DNA of 11,526 bases from a bacterium (GTDB lineage: Bacteria; SZUA-182; DTGQ01). The notes under the pieces were generated by a model that did not search any database, was not told the origin of the DNA, and worked only from the letters and a program-made list of their open reading frames with translations. Every line of letters begins with the position of its first letter. Position 1 is the stretch's first letter. Below are positions 1 to 7,433 of the stretch, in pieces. The stretch spans positions 1-11,526 of the forward strand of contig JBFMGO010000148.1 of NCBI GenBank assembly GCA_040752695.1. Direction: 5' to 3'. A program made the translations under genes and the position numbers.

Positions 1-1254
1 TGTTTCCAGATCAATACCAGGATACCTGCGAAGGTGAAGACGCACCACCGAAAGAGCCCGCTCCCTGTATCATCAGAAAACTCCCCGGACTCATCGACAG
101 AGGAAATCCTTCAAGAGGCACGCGGCGCGCTTGCCCGCGGTGACTTCAAAGTGTGCATCGTTATCCCTGAAGGCACTTCCCACAACTTCGACATCCTGGC
201 CAGGCAGCTCATTACCGGCCTTGTTCCGGCGGCTGGCGGGTCGGGCTCAAGCGGGGCCTTTGCCGCCGGGGTACCACAGCCGCCGCAAGAGCCTATAGCC
301 GCGCTAAAGGAAAAGGCCCTGGCTAGAGTTCAGGTTATCCTTGATCCTGCTATCCCTGAAGTATTCAGGGAGACTATCATGAATGCCTTAAGCCGCAGCG
401 TAACCATGACCGAGATGGAAATCATACTCGACGGCCTTTCCCAAACCATCGAATCAGCCGTCGGTGCGGCAGCCCGGCCCTTTGGAGTCCCTCCTTCGCT
501 TTCCTCTTCCCCTTCATCCGGTGGATTTCATCTGGCTGATTTCATGAAACATGACCTGAACCATGCCTCCAAATATAATGGGATTCTGGTCGAAATCAAG
601 GAAGATTATGTATTTGACGCAGGCAAAAGCACGCCGCCTACTTCGACCCAGCAGAATGTACCTGCCTGGACCATGTTTGCCATGTTCTTCATCGTGGTCC
701 CCCTGTCCGGTTATCTTATCAATGACCGGCAGCAGGGTATACTGAAGAGGATGATGGTTGCGCCGGTCAGCTACTTTACGATTCTGCTGGCCAAGGTAAT
801 GGTATACCTGGTAATATGCCTGTTGCAGTTTTCGCTTATGCTCCTGGTGGGATTTAAGATTCTGCCCCTTTTTGGAGTCCCTAGACTGGAAATAGGCTCA
901 AATCACCTGGCCCTTTTGCTGGTTGCTGCTGCTGCCGCTCTGGCTGCCATAGGGTTCGGTCTTGCGGTTGGAACCATCATGCAAAGCCAGCAACAGGCTT
1001 CAACGTTTGGCGCCGTTACCATCATCATTGCGGCTGCCCTGGGAGGAGTTATGGTCCCTGTGTATGTGATGCCGGAGTTCATGCAAAAAGTGAGCATTCT
1101 TTCACCCCTGGCCTGGGGCCTCAACGCCTTTCTCGATGTCTTTCTTCGCCACGGCACTCTGACTTCCGTACTGCCCAACGTTGGGCGGCTGATGGGTTTT
1201 TTCGTTGTCACCATGTTATTATCATTTGGCTATTCTGTATGGCAGCGGGACTGA
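1..1254 (+). CDS. ABC-2 type transporter permease, 5'-partial
   Basis: The frame is open from base 1 (CFQINTRIPAKV..., no stop before the GTG at 34) to TGA 1252-1254. It contains a VxIPxG extracellular-domain motif (CIVIPEG), then PTSTQQNVPAWTMFAMFFIVVPLS, NDRQQGILKRMMVAP, several TM helices and AALGGVMVPVYVMPEFMQKVSILSPLAWG, all typical of ABC-2 permeases. Confidence 0.92.
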   Translation, partial: CFQINTRIPAKVKTHHRKSPLPVSSENSPDSSTEEILQEARGALARGDFKVCIVIPEGTSHNFDILARQLITGLVPAAGGSGSSGAFAAGVPQPPQEPIAALKEKALARVQVILDPAIPEVFRETIMNALSRSVTMTEMEIILDGLSQTIESAVGAAARPFGVPPSLSSSPSSGGFHLADFMKHDLNHASKYNGILVEIKEDYVFDAGKSTPPTSTQQNVPAWTMFAMFFIVVPLSGYLINDRQQGILKRMMVAPVSYFTILLAKVMVYLVICLLQFSLMLLVGFKILPLFGVPRLEIGSNHLALLLVAAAAALAAIGFGLAVGTIMQSQQQASTFGAVTIIIAAALGGVMVPVYVMPEFMQKVSILSPLAWGLNAFLDVFLRHGTLTSVLPNVGRLMGFFVVTMLLSFGYSVWQRD

Positions 1255-1301
1255 CCGCTGCCTTGGGAATTTCCCGTTTTACCGGGGCACAAAAGGGGAT
1301 G

Positions 1302-1345
1302 ATAAACTCACATGAAGGGGATAAATTCACATGAAGGGAATAAAC
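1302..1345 (+). repeat. 19-bp tandem duplication of the RBS/start region of the ACP gene
   Basis: ataaactcacatgaagggg (1302-1320) and ataaattcacatgaaggga (1321-1339) are 17/19 identical, followed by a partial third copy ataaac (1340-1345). Each full unit contains an ATG (1312, 1331). Confidence 0.85.
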
Positions 1346-1666
1346 GAGCAAGAAAAGCTTCATTGTGTTGATGCTGATGATACTCACGGCACCGAGCCTG
1401 GGACCGCTGGCATGAGATTGGAAGATGAACTGAAGAAGCTGATTATCTCGGGACTTCAGGTAAAAGACGTGCAGCCGGAAGAATTGGATGATAGTGCTCC
1501 CATCTTTGGAGAAGGCTTAGGACTTGACTCTCTGGATGCTATTGAATTAGCTGTGATTTTGAAAAAACACTACCAGGTGGAAATAAAAAATAGAAACATA
1601 GCCAGAGATATCTTTGTCTCGGTGAAAAAAATAGCTGATTATATCAGAGAGCATCGACGGGGGTGA
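1331..1666 (+). CDS. Acyl carrier protein (aryl-polyene/type II PKS-like ACP)
   Basis: Phosphopantetheine attachment motif PIFGEGLGLDSLDAIEL in an acidic ~85-aa core. The start is ambiguous: ATG 1331 (AAGGGG 10 nt upstream) or ATG 1412 (MRLEDELKK, canonical ACP length). Confidence 0.93.
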   Translation: MKGINEQEKLHCVDADDTHGTEPGTAGMRLEDELKKLIISGLQVKDVQPEELDDSAPIFGEGLGLDSLDAIELAVILKKHYQVEIKNRNIARDIFVSVKKIADYIREHRRG

Positions 1667-1731
1667 GAGGGGGATTTTCGGCACAATGACCCCCATCCAA
1701 TAGCTGGCCGCTTGATTCCTTCGGCTTGAAC

Positions 1732-2706
1732 TCAACCTTTCTGTTTTTGCCAGACATTGTGAAATAAAAAGCACTGGTATGGATATCGGTCTACATACGC
1801 ATCGAGAATGGCAGCATAGTCTTGCACCCATTTTTGCAATTGCCGGGTTTTGTTTTGGCCGCTCTCGTAGCGGGGATACAGCACGTTCGATACATCGATG
1901 ACATAGCTTTTGTCTTTCGTTTTCATCGATAGTAAAACGACAACGGGACATTCTACGGCAGCAGCGATACTGAAGGCACCATAGGGGAACCAGGCTCTTT
2001 CTTTCAGAAAGGAAACCTCGAGGGCCTTGAATCCATAGCTGCGGTCACCCATGATCGATACGATATGGCCTTCCTTCAATACATTGATAATCTTGAGAAT
2101 CCCTCCAAGCTCCTGCTCAGGAGAAATGAATTTAATGCGTTCTTGCTCCTCGCCTATGGGCAGAGAATTTTTGAGCGCCTGATTATCTTCAGGACGCATG
2201 AGCAGGTAGACGTCTCTTTCCATTTTTCCCAAAGAGGTCATAGCCAGTTGCCAGTTACCGGCGTGAGCTGTCAAAAGGATTATCCCCTGCCGGGGATTGG
2301 CCTCCTGCCCGCCGGAAGGGAGAGGGCCGGGGTGATGAGACTGAAGAAGAGAGAGGAAATGATCATATCCCTGCAATTTGATATCGAACGTTTTTTCTTT
2401 TGAAAGAATGGCGTTAAGATCGATCAGTTGCCTGCCCTGGTTTACGAATAGCCGGTAGATGTGCAAACGCTTCGTGAAAAAACCGCAGCCTGGAAACCTT
2501 CGTTCTACATAGGCTGAAGAAGCACTGACAGCAGATGTATCGAAAATCAGGTAATACAGGCAGACTACATATAATAAACCATAGGCTCCCCGCAACCCGA
2601 AAAGACGCATGAATGTCTTGAAGAACCAGAAACCGGCAGCGTTTCCCCTTTTCTTAGCCGTTATTTTCCGGTTATCCGGCACGCTGGACGGTTTTGTTTG
2701 CTCCAT
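1732..2706 (-). CDS. LpxL/lysophospholipid-type lipid acyltransferase (324 aa)
   Basis: GIILLTAHAGNWQ catalytic-His block, GHIVSIMGDR, FPYGAFSIAAAVECPVV and C-terminal YPYQCFLFHNVW match lipid-A-acyltransferase-like proteins of aryl polyene clusters. Start reassigned to ATG 2706 (MEQTK), which follows GAGGAGAGGA and lies 16 nt past the upstream stop. Confidence 0.88.
   Translation of the reverse strand: MEQTKPSSVPDNRKITAKKRGNAAGFWFFKTFMRLFGLRGAYGLLYVVCLYYLIFDTSAVSASSAYVERRFPGCGFFTKRLHIYRLFVNQGRQLIDLNAILSKEKTFDIKLQGYDHFLSLLQSHHPGPLPSGGQEANPRQGIILLTAHAGNWQLAMTSLGKMERDVYLLMRPEDNQALKNSLPIGEEQERIKFISPEQELGGILKIINVLKEGHIVSIMGDRSYGFKALEVSFLKERAWFPYGAFSIAAAVECPVVVLLSMKTKDKSYVIDVSNVLYPRYESGQNKTRQLQKWVQDYAAILDAYVDRYPYQCFLFHNVWQKQKG
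2282..2335. repeat. REP-like palindromic element remnant inside the acyltransferase
   Basis: Hairpin atcccc-tgcc-ggggat (2282-2297) plus gggagagggccggggtga (2318-2335). It is translated as HHPGPLPSGGQEANPRQG directly before the GIILLTAH block. Confidence 0.7.
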
Positions 2707-2722
2707 GATCGAGATCCTCTCC

Positions 2723-3913
2723 TCATACGGCTTCTTTTCTTCTTTGTAATGCAAAGGTAGCGACAAATACGACAAAACCCACGACAATCGCAGCAACAGG
2801 TGCGATAATGAGCGATCCCAAAAGCCATTCCCATAACCGTTCAGTAAATTGGTTGAAAATTACCCGTGCGGAAAACTCGGTCAGCCAGCGGCCATAGCGA
2901 AGGTAATAGCCCAGTTCGATGCAGGCTGCCGGGATAAAGGGAGGCATGGCCAGGTGCTGGATATTGATCGCCATTATCTTGTTCAAGTGCAGGCGGGTTG
3001 CTACATAGATAATCACCAGTGTGTGGATTGAAATAAGGGGCAATACAGCTAAAAACATGCCTACAGCCGCCGCCGCCGCCAATCCTCCGGGGGTTGCGTT
3101 TTCCTGGAGCAGCAGCCTGAGCATTTTTACCGGATGGAACAGGATGCTCATCTCGAACCGGCTTTCCGCAGAAGAAACGCGCCTGCGGTGAGGGATGGGC
3201 AGGAGTCTTCTTGTGACCAGCCGGGTGTGCATCCAGGAGATGCGGATATTGTCCTTAAGCGGCCTGAAGCTTGAAACACGTAATTGAGGCTCAGGATAAA
3301 AGACATCGATATCGACTGTCTTCAGCCGTAATCCCGCCCAGACCGCCCTGGCCAGGATCTCTGCTTCGAAGTCGTAACGAGAGCCCTTGAAGGCCATCTG
3401 CATAAGATATCGCACAGGGTAAGCCCGAAAGCCGCTTTGACAATCGTCAATAGAGACACCCGCCTCGATCCGCAGCCAGAAATTGGCGAATTTCCTTCCG
3501 AACCGGCTTTTGCCGGGAATCGTATCCCCGCCCGCAAGAGAGCGTGGAAGAAATTTCCTGCACCCTATCACCATAACCGCATCATCCTCCTGAAGGAGGG
3601 GGATGAACTTTTCCATATCGCGCGGATAGTGCTGACCGTCCGCATCGATCGTAATCATGAAACGCCCGCCGCAAGAGTCTACGTATTTTAACGCGGTAAG
3701 AATCGCTTCCCCCTTGCCCCGGTTTTTTTCGTGCCGGAGGACGGTAACATCGCACCCGCTCAAGAGGGCGGAAACATCGCAATCCGTGCTGCCGTCATCG
3801 ACGACCAAGACATGTGACAGAAATGAGCGGCATTCTGTGACTATACGTTCAATCGTATTTTTATTATTGAATACCGGAATAACACACCATATATGTTCCG
3901 TAAACGAAATCAT
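2723..3913 (-). CDS. Glycosyltransferase family 2 fused to a C-terminal DUF2062-like membrane domain (396 aa)
   Basis: VIPVFNN, VVDDGSTD, NRGKGEA, TIDADGQH (DxD), DCQSGFRAYP and YDFEAEIL are GT2 (DPM-like) motifs. The hydrophobic C-terminal region (TPGGLAAAAAVGMFLAVLP...RLHLNK...WLLGSLIIAP) resembles DUF2062. ATGA overlap with the upstream gene. Confidence 0.9.
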   Translation of the reverse strand: MISFTEHIWCVIPVFNNKNTIERIVTECRSFLSHVLVVDDGSTDCDVSALLSGCDVTVLRHEKNRGKGEAILTALKYVDSCGGRFMITIDADGQHYPRDMEKFIPLLQEDDAVMVIGCRKFLPRSLAGGDTIPGKSRFGRKFANFWLRIEAGVSIDDCQSGFRAYPVRYLMQMAFKGSRYDFEAEILARAVWAGLRLKTVDIDVFYPEPQLRVSSFRPLKDNIRISWMHTRLVTRRLLPIPHRRRVSSAESRFEMSILFHPVKMLRLLLQENATPGGLAAAAAVGMFLAVLPLISIHTLVIIYVATRLHLNKIMAINIQHLAMPPFIPAACIELGYYLRYGRWLTEFSARVIFNQFTERLWEWLLGSLIIAPVAAIVVGFVVFVATFALQRRKEAV

Positions 3914-5292
3914 TGCCTTTTCCGGGATCTGCGGTCCTTACTCGAAAGCAGCATGTCCCATAACGATCCGACGTACCCCATCTGATGGAGAAGCTGCACG
4001 TTACTGTCGAGGGAGTCGGGAGGGTAGATGCAATACCGGTCACCTGAAAAAGCGCTGGCCAGTGTCTCTTCCAGCCAGGTTTTCTCAACTGCCGGAGAAA
4101 TATAATAAACCGGATCGAGTAATTTTTGTTCCGGTTCGAGCATGCCTTCCCGGCAGGCTGTCTCAAACAGAGCCGTGTGCGGGAGAACGCGTATGCCCAT
4201 GAAAATAAAAGAAACTGTCCGCTTAAGGCCCCTGATATTTTCGATGCCTTCTGCAACTGTCTCTTTCGTTTCGCCGGGGCAGCCAAACATAAAGTAGTGC
4301 GCAGTGGCTACGTCATGCCTGGCAAACAGGTCATTACAGGCTGCGATATCCTTAAATAAAAAGGACTTGCCGAGTTTTCTCAAAGGAATATCCGAAGGTG
4401 CATCAGCCCCTATTTCCGCTGCCTTAAGGCCGGTCTTTTTCATCAGTGCCACCTCTTCGTCGTCCAATCCGGCTGGCGTAAAAAAGGCGGTCCAGGGAAC
4501 ACACAGCCTTCTTTTCTCCATCTCGCGGATTATGGGAAGGTGGTGCTTTTGGGTATCGTTAAAGACCGAATCGGTGAAGAAGATATAGTGCACTCCATAC
4601 TCATCCATCAGCATTTGGATATCGTCTACCACCGCCTGAGGATCGCGGCAGCGGATTATCGACCCCTCCAAGAAAGGGTATGAGCAGTAGGTACAGCGCT
4701 GTGAGCATCCACGTTTTGTCTGAACAGCAGCCATGCCGCCGTTTTGCAAATAGAATTTCATAAGATCGGGATCGTAACCGGCAGAGGAGATCTCAACTCC
4801 CATCAGGGAAGCGGCAGGCCGTATGAGCCTATCTTCGATCCGTCCGGATGCGGGATCAGAATAGTCTCCCTGCGCGAGCCTGTCCACAAAATCGACGAGC
4901 GCGGATTCACCCTCTCCGACAATTCCATAATCCGCACCGGACTCGGCTAAAATCTCTTCGGGCAGAATGGAAAAACCCGATCCGCCAAGCACGACCGGGA
5001 CACTTGTGTGCTGCCGGATGCTTTGTACGATATTCTTGACCACGCCAATATACTTTTGCTCATGAAGAAAATTGACATTATCGATATTGCGGATCGATAT
5101 GCCGATGAGAGCGGGACGAAAGGAATGAATGGTATCGGCCAGGGCATCCAGCGACTGGCCTTGTTGGAGGTAATCGAATTGGCATACCTCGTGCCCGGCT
5201 TTCCTGAGCGCTGCCGCGATCTGGCTCAATCCGAGAGGATAGACAGGATAGGGTGTCGTAGCGCTATTAGATGAAATAAGCAAGATCTTCAT
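3910..5292 (-). CDS. B12-binding radical SAM protein, lipid-biosynthesis ('ladderane-cluster') type (460 aa)
   Basis: N-terminal cobalamin-binding-type domain (KILLISSN...PYPVYPLG, IGISIRNIDN, VVLGGSGFS, GIVGEGE), then QTKRG-CSQRCTYC (CxxxCxxC), FFTDSVFN and YFMFGCPGET. Recalled as resembling TIGR04072; not verified by search. Confidence 0.9.
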   Translation of the reverse strand: MKILLISSNSATTPYPVYPLGLSQIAAALRKAGHEVCQFDYLQQGQSLDALADTIHSFRPALIGISIRNIDNVNFLHEQKYIGVVKNIVQSIRQHTSVPVVLGGSGFSILPEEILAESGADYGIVGEGESALVDFVDRLAQGDYSDPASGRIEDRLIRPAASLMGVEISSAGYDPDLMKFYLQNGGMAAVQTKRGCSQRCTYCSYPFLEGSIIRCRDPQAVVDDIQMLMDEYGVHYIFFTDSVFNDTQKHHLPIIREMEKRRLCVPWTAFFTPAGLDDEEVALMKKTGLKAAEIGADAPSDIPLRKLGKSFLFKDIAACNDLFARHDVATAHYFMFGCPGETKETVAEGIENIRGLKRTVSFIFMGIRVLPHTALFETACREGMLEPEQKLLDPVYYISPAVEKTWLEETLASAFSGDRYCIYPPDSLDSNVQLLHQMGYVGSLWDMLLSSKDRRSRKRQ

Positions 5293-6605
5293 GAGCCTTC
5301 TTCTCTCCCCGGCGGGCAGGATTCCTTCCCTCCTGAAAAGGGGAGATCCGATCGGTTCCCTCCCCAGGTACGGCCAGGGGCCAATTGAACTTTCCGGTAG
5401 GTTCCGTCTTCTTTTTCCTTCTCTATGACTTTGAGAAACAGTTTGGCCATCTTCAATTCCTGGCTGCAGGTATGATAAAAAGTTTCCCAGGCGTATTCAT
5501 ACATCCTCTGGAGTGAGTCAATGCTCATTTTGGCAGGCTTGAATACGACCTCCCCGGTAGTATACCGCTTCCAGTCATTGTGGAGGATACGGTTTTCCTT
5601 TTCCAATTGTTCTCTGATCGGGGTGTGGGGAAAAGGAGTGAGGATGGTAAATTCTGCCAGATCCAGGTTTATTTCGAGGAGAAAATCCACGAGCCGTTTG
5701 ATGTAATCCTCGTCATGGGAGTCAAGACCCAGAATGACCGTTCCCTCGACTCCGATCCCGCGCTCTTGCAGCCTTTTGACTTTTCTCCGGATGTGGTCCG
5801 AAGTATCCACGATGGCCTGGTACACGTACCAGCAGCCAGCCTGTGCGGCCAGATCCAGTATTTCGTCATCGTCCTTGATAGGGTGGCAGATCCATTTCTT
5901 TCGCAAGGGCTTGATCGCCTTAAACAGGGACTTTTCCCATTCGTCATCCTGGGACAGAGAATTATCGACAAAAAACAGATGATTATTATCGATACTCTCA
6001 AGTTCTTCGACGACTGCTTCTATAGGCCGAGGTCTGAAGTTCCGGCCCCCCAAAAACGGCGTACAGCAGGGAAAGCAGTTGAACCGGCATCCCCGTGAGG
6101 CATGCACCAGGTCTACCATCTGTACGCCCCGGAAATTATACAGCTCGCGCTTCAGGATGCTGCGGCGGGCGGTTTTGATCAGGGCCGTATCGGGAGGGTC
6201 CGAGCGAAAATCGTACATTTTTTTCAATTTTCCCTTTTGGAAATCGTCCATGATCCGGTCAAAATGGCCTTCCGCTTCACCCGAAAAGACAGCGTCGGCA
6301 TGGGAAACCGTCTCCCCGGCATGAAGCATGGCGGCAATGCCGCCAAAAATGACCGTCTTACCATGTGCGCGGTACCAGTCGGCTATCTCCCAGGCACGGG
6401 GTATCTGACAGGTCAGCATGACGGACAGGGCAACGAGGTCCGCATCGTCGCTCAAATCCAATGGCTCGACATGTTCATCGCAAAAGTCAATCTCGATATC
6501 TTCTCTCACTGCTGCCGCAAAGCACACCGGTCCGTGAGGCGGCAGGTTAAATTCTGTCTGGTGGCGCAATTTAGGCCATTGAGGATAAATCAGCTTTATT
6601 TTCAC
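5289..6605 (-). CDS. Second B12-binding radical SAM protein (438 aa, GTG start)
   Basis: B12-binding-like N-terminus (DEHVEPLD, DLVALS, VIFGG, ADAVFSGEAEG), ASRG-CRFNCFPC (CxxxCxxC), FFVDNSL, ILGLDSHD and ILTPFPHTP. Starts 6 nt after the CLF stop and overlaps the next gene by ATGA. Confidence 0.9.
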   Translation of the reverse strand: MKIKLIYPQWPKLRHQTEFNLPPHGPVCFAAAVREDIEIDFCDEHVEPLDLSDDADLVALSVMLTCQIPRAWEIADWYRAHGKTVIFGGIAAMLHAGETVSHADAVFSGEAEGHFDRIMDDFQKGKLKKMYDFRSDPPDTALIKTARRSILKRELYNFRGVQMVDLVHASRGCRFNCFPCCTPFLGGRNFRPRPIEAVVEELESIDNNHLFFVDNSLSQDDEWEKSLFKAIKPLRKKWICHPIKDDDEILDLAAQAGCWYVYQAIVDTSDHIRRKVKRLQERGIGVEGTVILGLDSHDEDYIKRLVDFLLEINLDLAEFTILTPFPHTPIREQLEKENRILHNDWKRYTTGEVVFKPAKMSIDSLQRMYEYAWETFYHTCSQELKMAKLFLKVIEKEKEDGTYRKVQLAPGRTWGGNRSDLPFSGGKESCPPGREEGS

Positions 6606-6611
6606 TATCCC

Positions 6612-7316
6612 TTACCTTGTCTCTTTCTTTTTTAAAGGAGCCTTTTGGATTTTTAGAGGAGCCTTTTGGGCTCCTTCTATTATTTGATCTATATTCGATG
6701 CCTGCCCGGCAATAGCCTCTATGGTATCAAACCCGAATCCCTTTCCCGGCGGTTCCGCTCCCCCTTCTTGTAAAAAAAAACAGAGGGCCTCTTCCTCATC
6801 CGCCTTTACTGCCAGTACCTTTTGGACCTTTTCACCAAGGAGCATTCCCTTTGCATACGACAAAAGGGAAGGGATTGCACGGTGTTGAAAACCCATGTAT
6901 ATGACCGGCCCCTGACAGCCAAAATGAATGGCTGCCTCGGCTAAAGGGCTTGAAGGGAGAGTATAGATAAAGAGGTTGCCCCGTGCCAGTGTCCTGCCGG
7001 ATTCAACGTAATCTTTGAAGTACGCGATGTTCGACGAAAGGGCTCCAGCCTCGTTGGTCCCCAAAAGGCCGATATCCTGTTTTTGCCCTTCGGCATAGAT
7101 TATTCCGGCATCATAGATGGCCAGGCCCAGAGCGCAGCATGTCATTTTGGATACACGGTCAAACCTTCCAAAATTTTTTACCGGATATGAAAATACCCCT
7201 TCTCCGGACAGTTGGGCATGGATCGATTTTCTCTGAGGGAAAGGCCGGCTCAGGGCTTTGACCACGCACCCGTATTTTTTTCCCGTTATCCACCCGATGC
7301 CATTAATATCAATCAT
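6612..7316 (-). CDS. Ketosynthase N-terminal-like / chain-length-factor-like protein (234 aa)
   Basis: FGRFDRVSKM, IGLLGTNEAG and LFIYTLPSSPLAEAAIHFGCQGP align with the KS N-terminal half. There is no Cys at the catalytic position after GP and no HGTGT/GH motifs. SD GGTGAGG upstream; directly follows a full KS. Confidence 0.8.
   Translation of the reverse strand: MIDINGIGWITGKKYGCVVKALSRPFPQRKSIHAQLSGEGVFSYPVKNFGRFDRVSKMTCCALGLAIYDAGIIYAEGQKQDIGLLGTNEAGALSSNIAYFKDYVESGRTLARGNLFIYTLPSSPLAEAAIHFGCQGPVIYMGFQHRAIPSLLSYAKGMLLGEKVQKVLAVKADEEEALCFFLQEGGAEPPGKGFGFDTIEAIAGQASNIDQIIEGAQKAPLKIQKAPLKKKETR
6629..6670. repeat. 21-bp in-frame tandem duplication in the CLF C-terminus
   Basis: tttttaaaggagccttttgga and tttttagaggagccttttggg (19/21 identical) encode QKAPLKI-QKAPLKK. 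Confidence 0.85.
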
Positions 7317-7359
7317 GACGCTTTCGCCTCACCATCTCTTCTTACCATTATCGTTCGTA

Positions 7360-7411
7360 TCATTATCCCTGGAATCATTCGTAATCCCTTCATTATCCCT
7401 GGAATCATTCG
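7360..7411. repeat. 22-bp exact direct repeat (30-bp period) in the KS-CLF spacer
   Basis: tcattatccctggaatcattcg at 7360-7381 and 7390-7411. In addition, ttcgtatcatt occurs at 7354-7364 and 7428-7438. Confidence 0.9.
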
Positions 7412-7433
7412 CCTTTCGCATTCACCCTTCGTA

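Noticed and set aside
1265..1275. Palindrome gggaa-t-ttccc after the permease stop as an operator or terminator
   Set aside because: The 5-bp arms with a 1-nt centre are too short to fold or to distinguish from chance, and there is no second copy.
1667..1731. Bidirectional intrinsic terminator between the convergent operons
   Set aside because: Only a weak ggggg/ccccc pairing with a 16-nt loop and no flanking U-tracts; not supportable.
2707..2796. N-terminal extension of the acyltransferase to 2796
   Set aside because: It overlaps the GT gene; ATG 2706 has a strong SD just after the GT stop.
6772..6780. A9 homopolymer in the CLF gene as a phase-variation switch
   Set aside because: The frame is intact and the run simply encodes Cys-Phe-Phe-Leu; A/T runs of 7-8 are common across the window. 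Read-level length variation would be needed.
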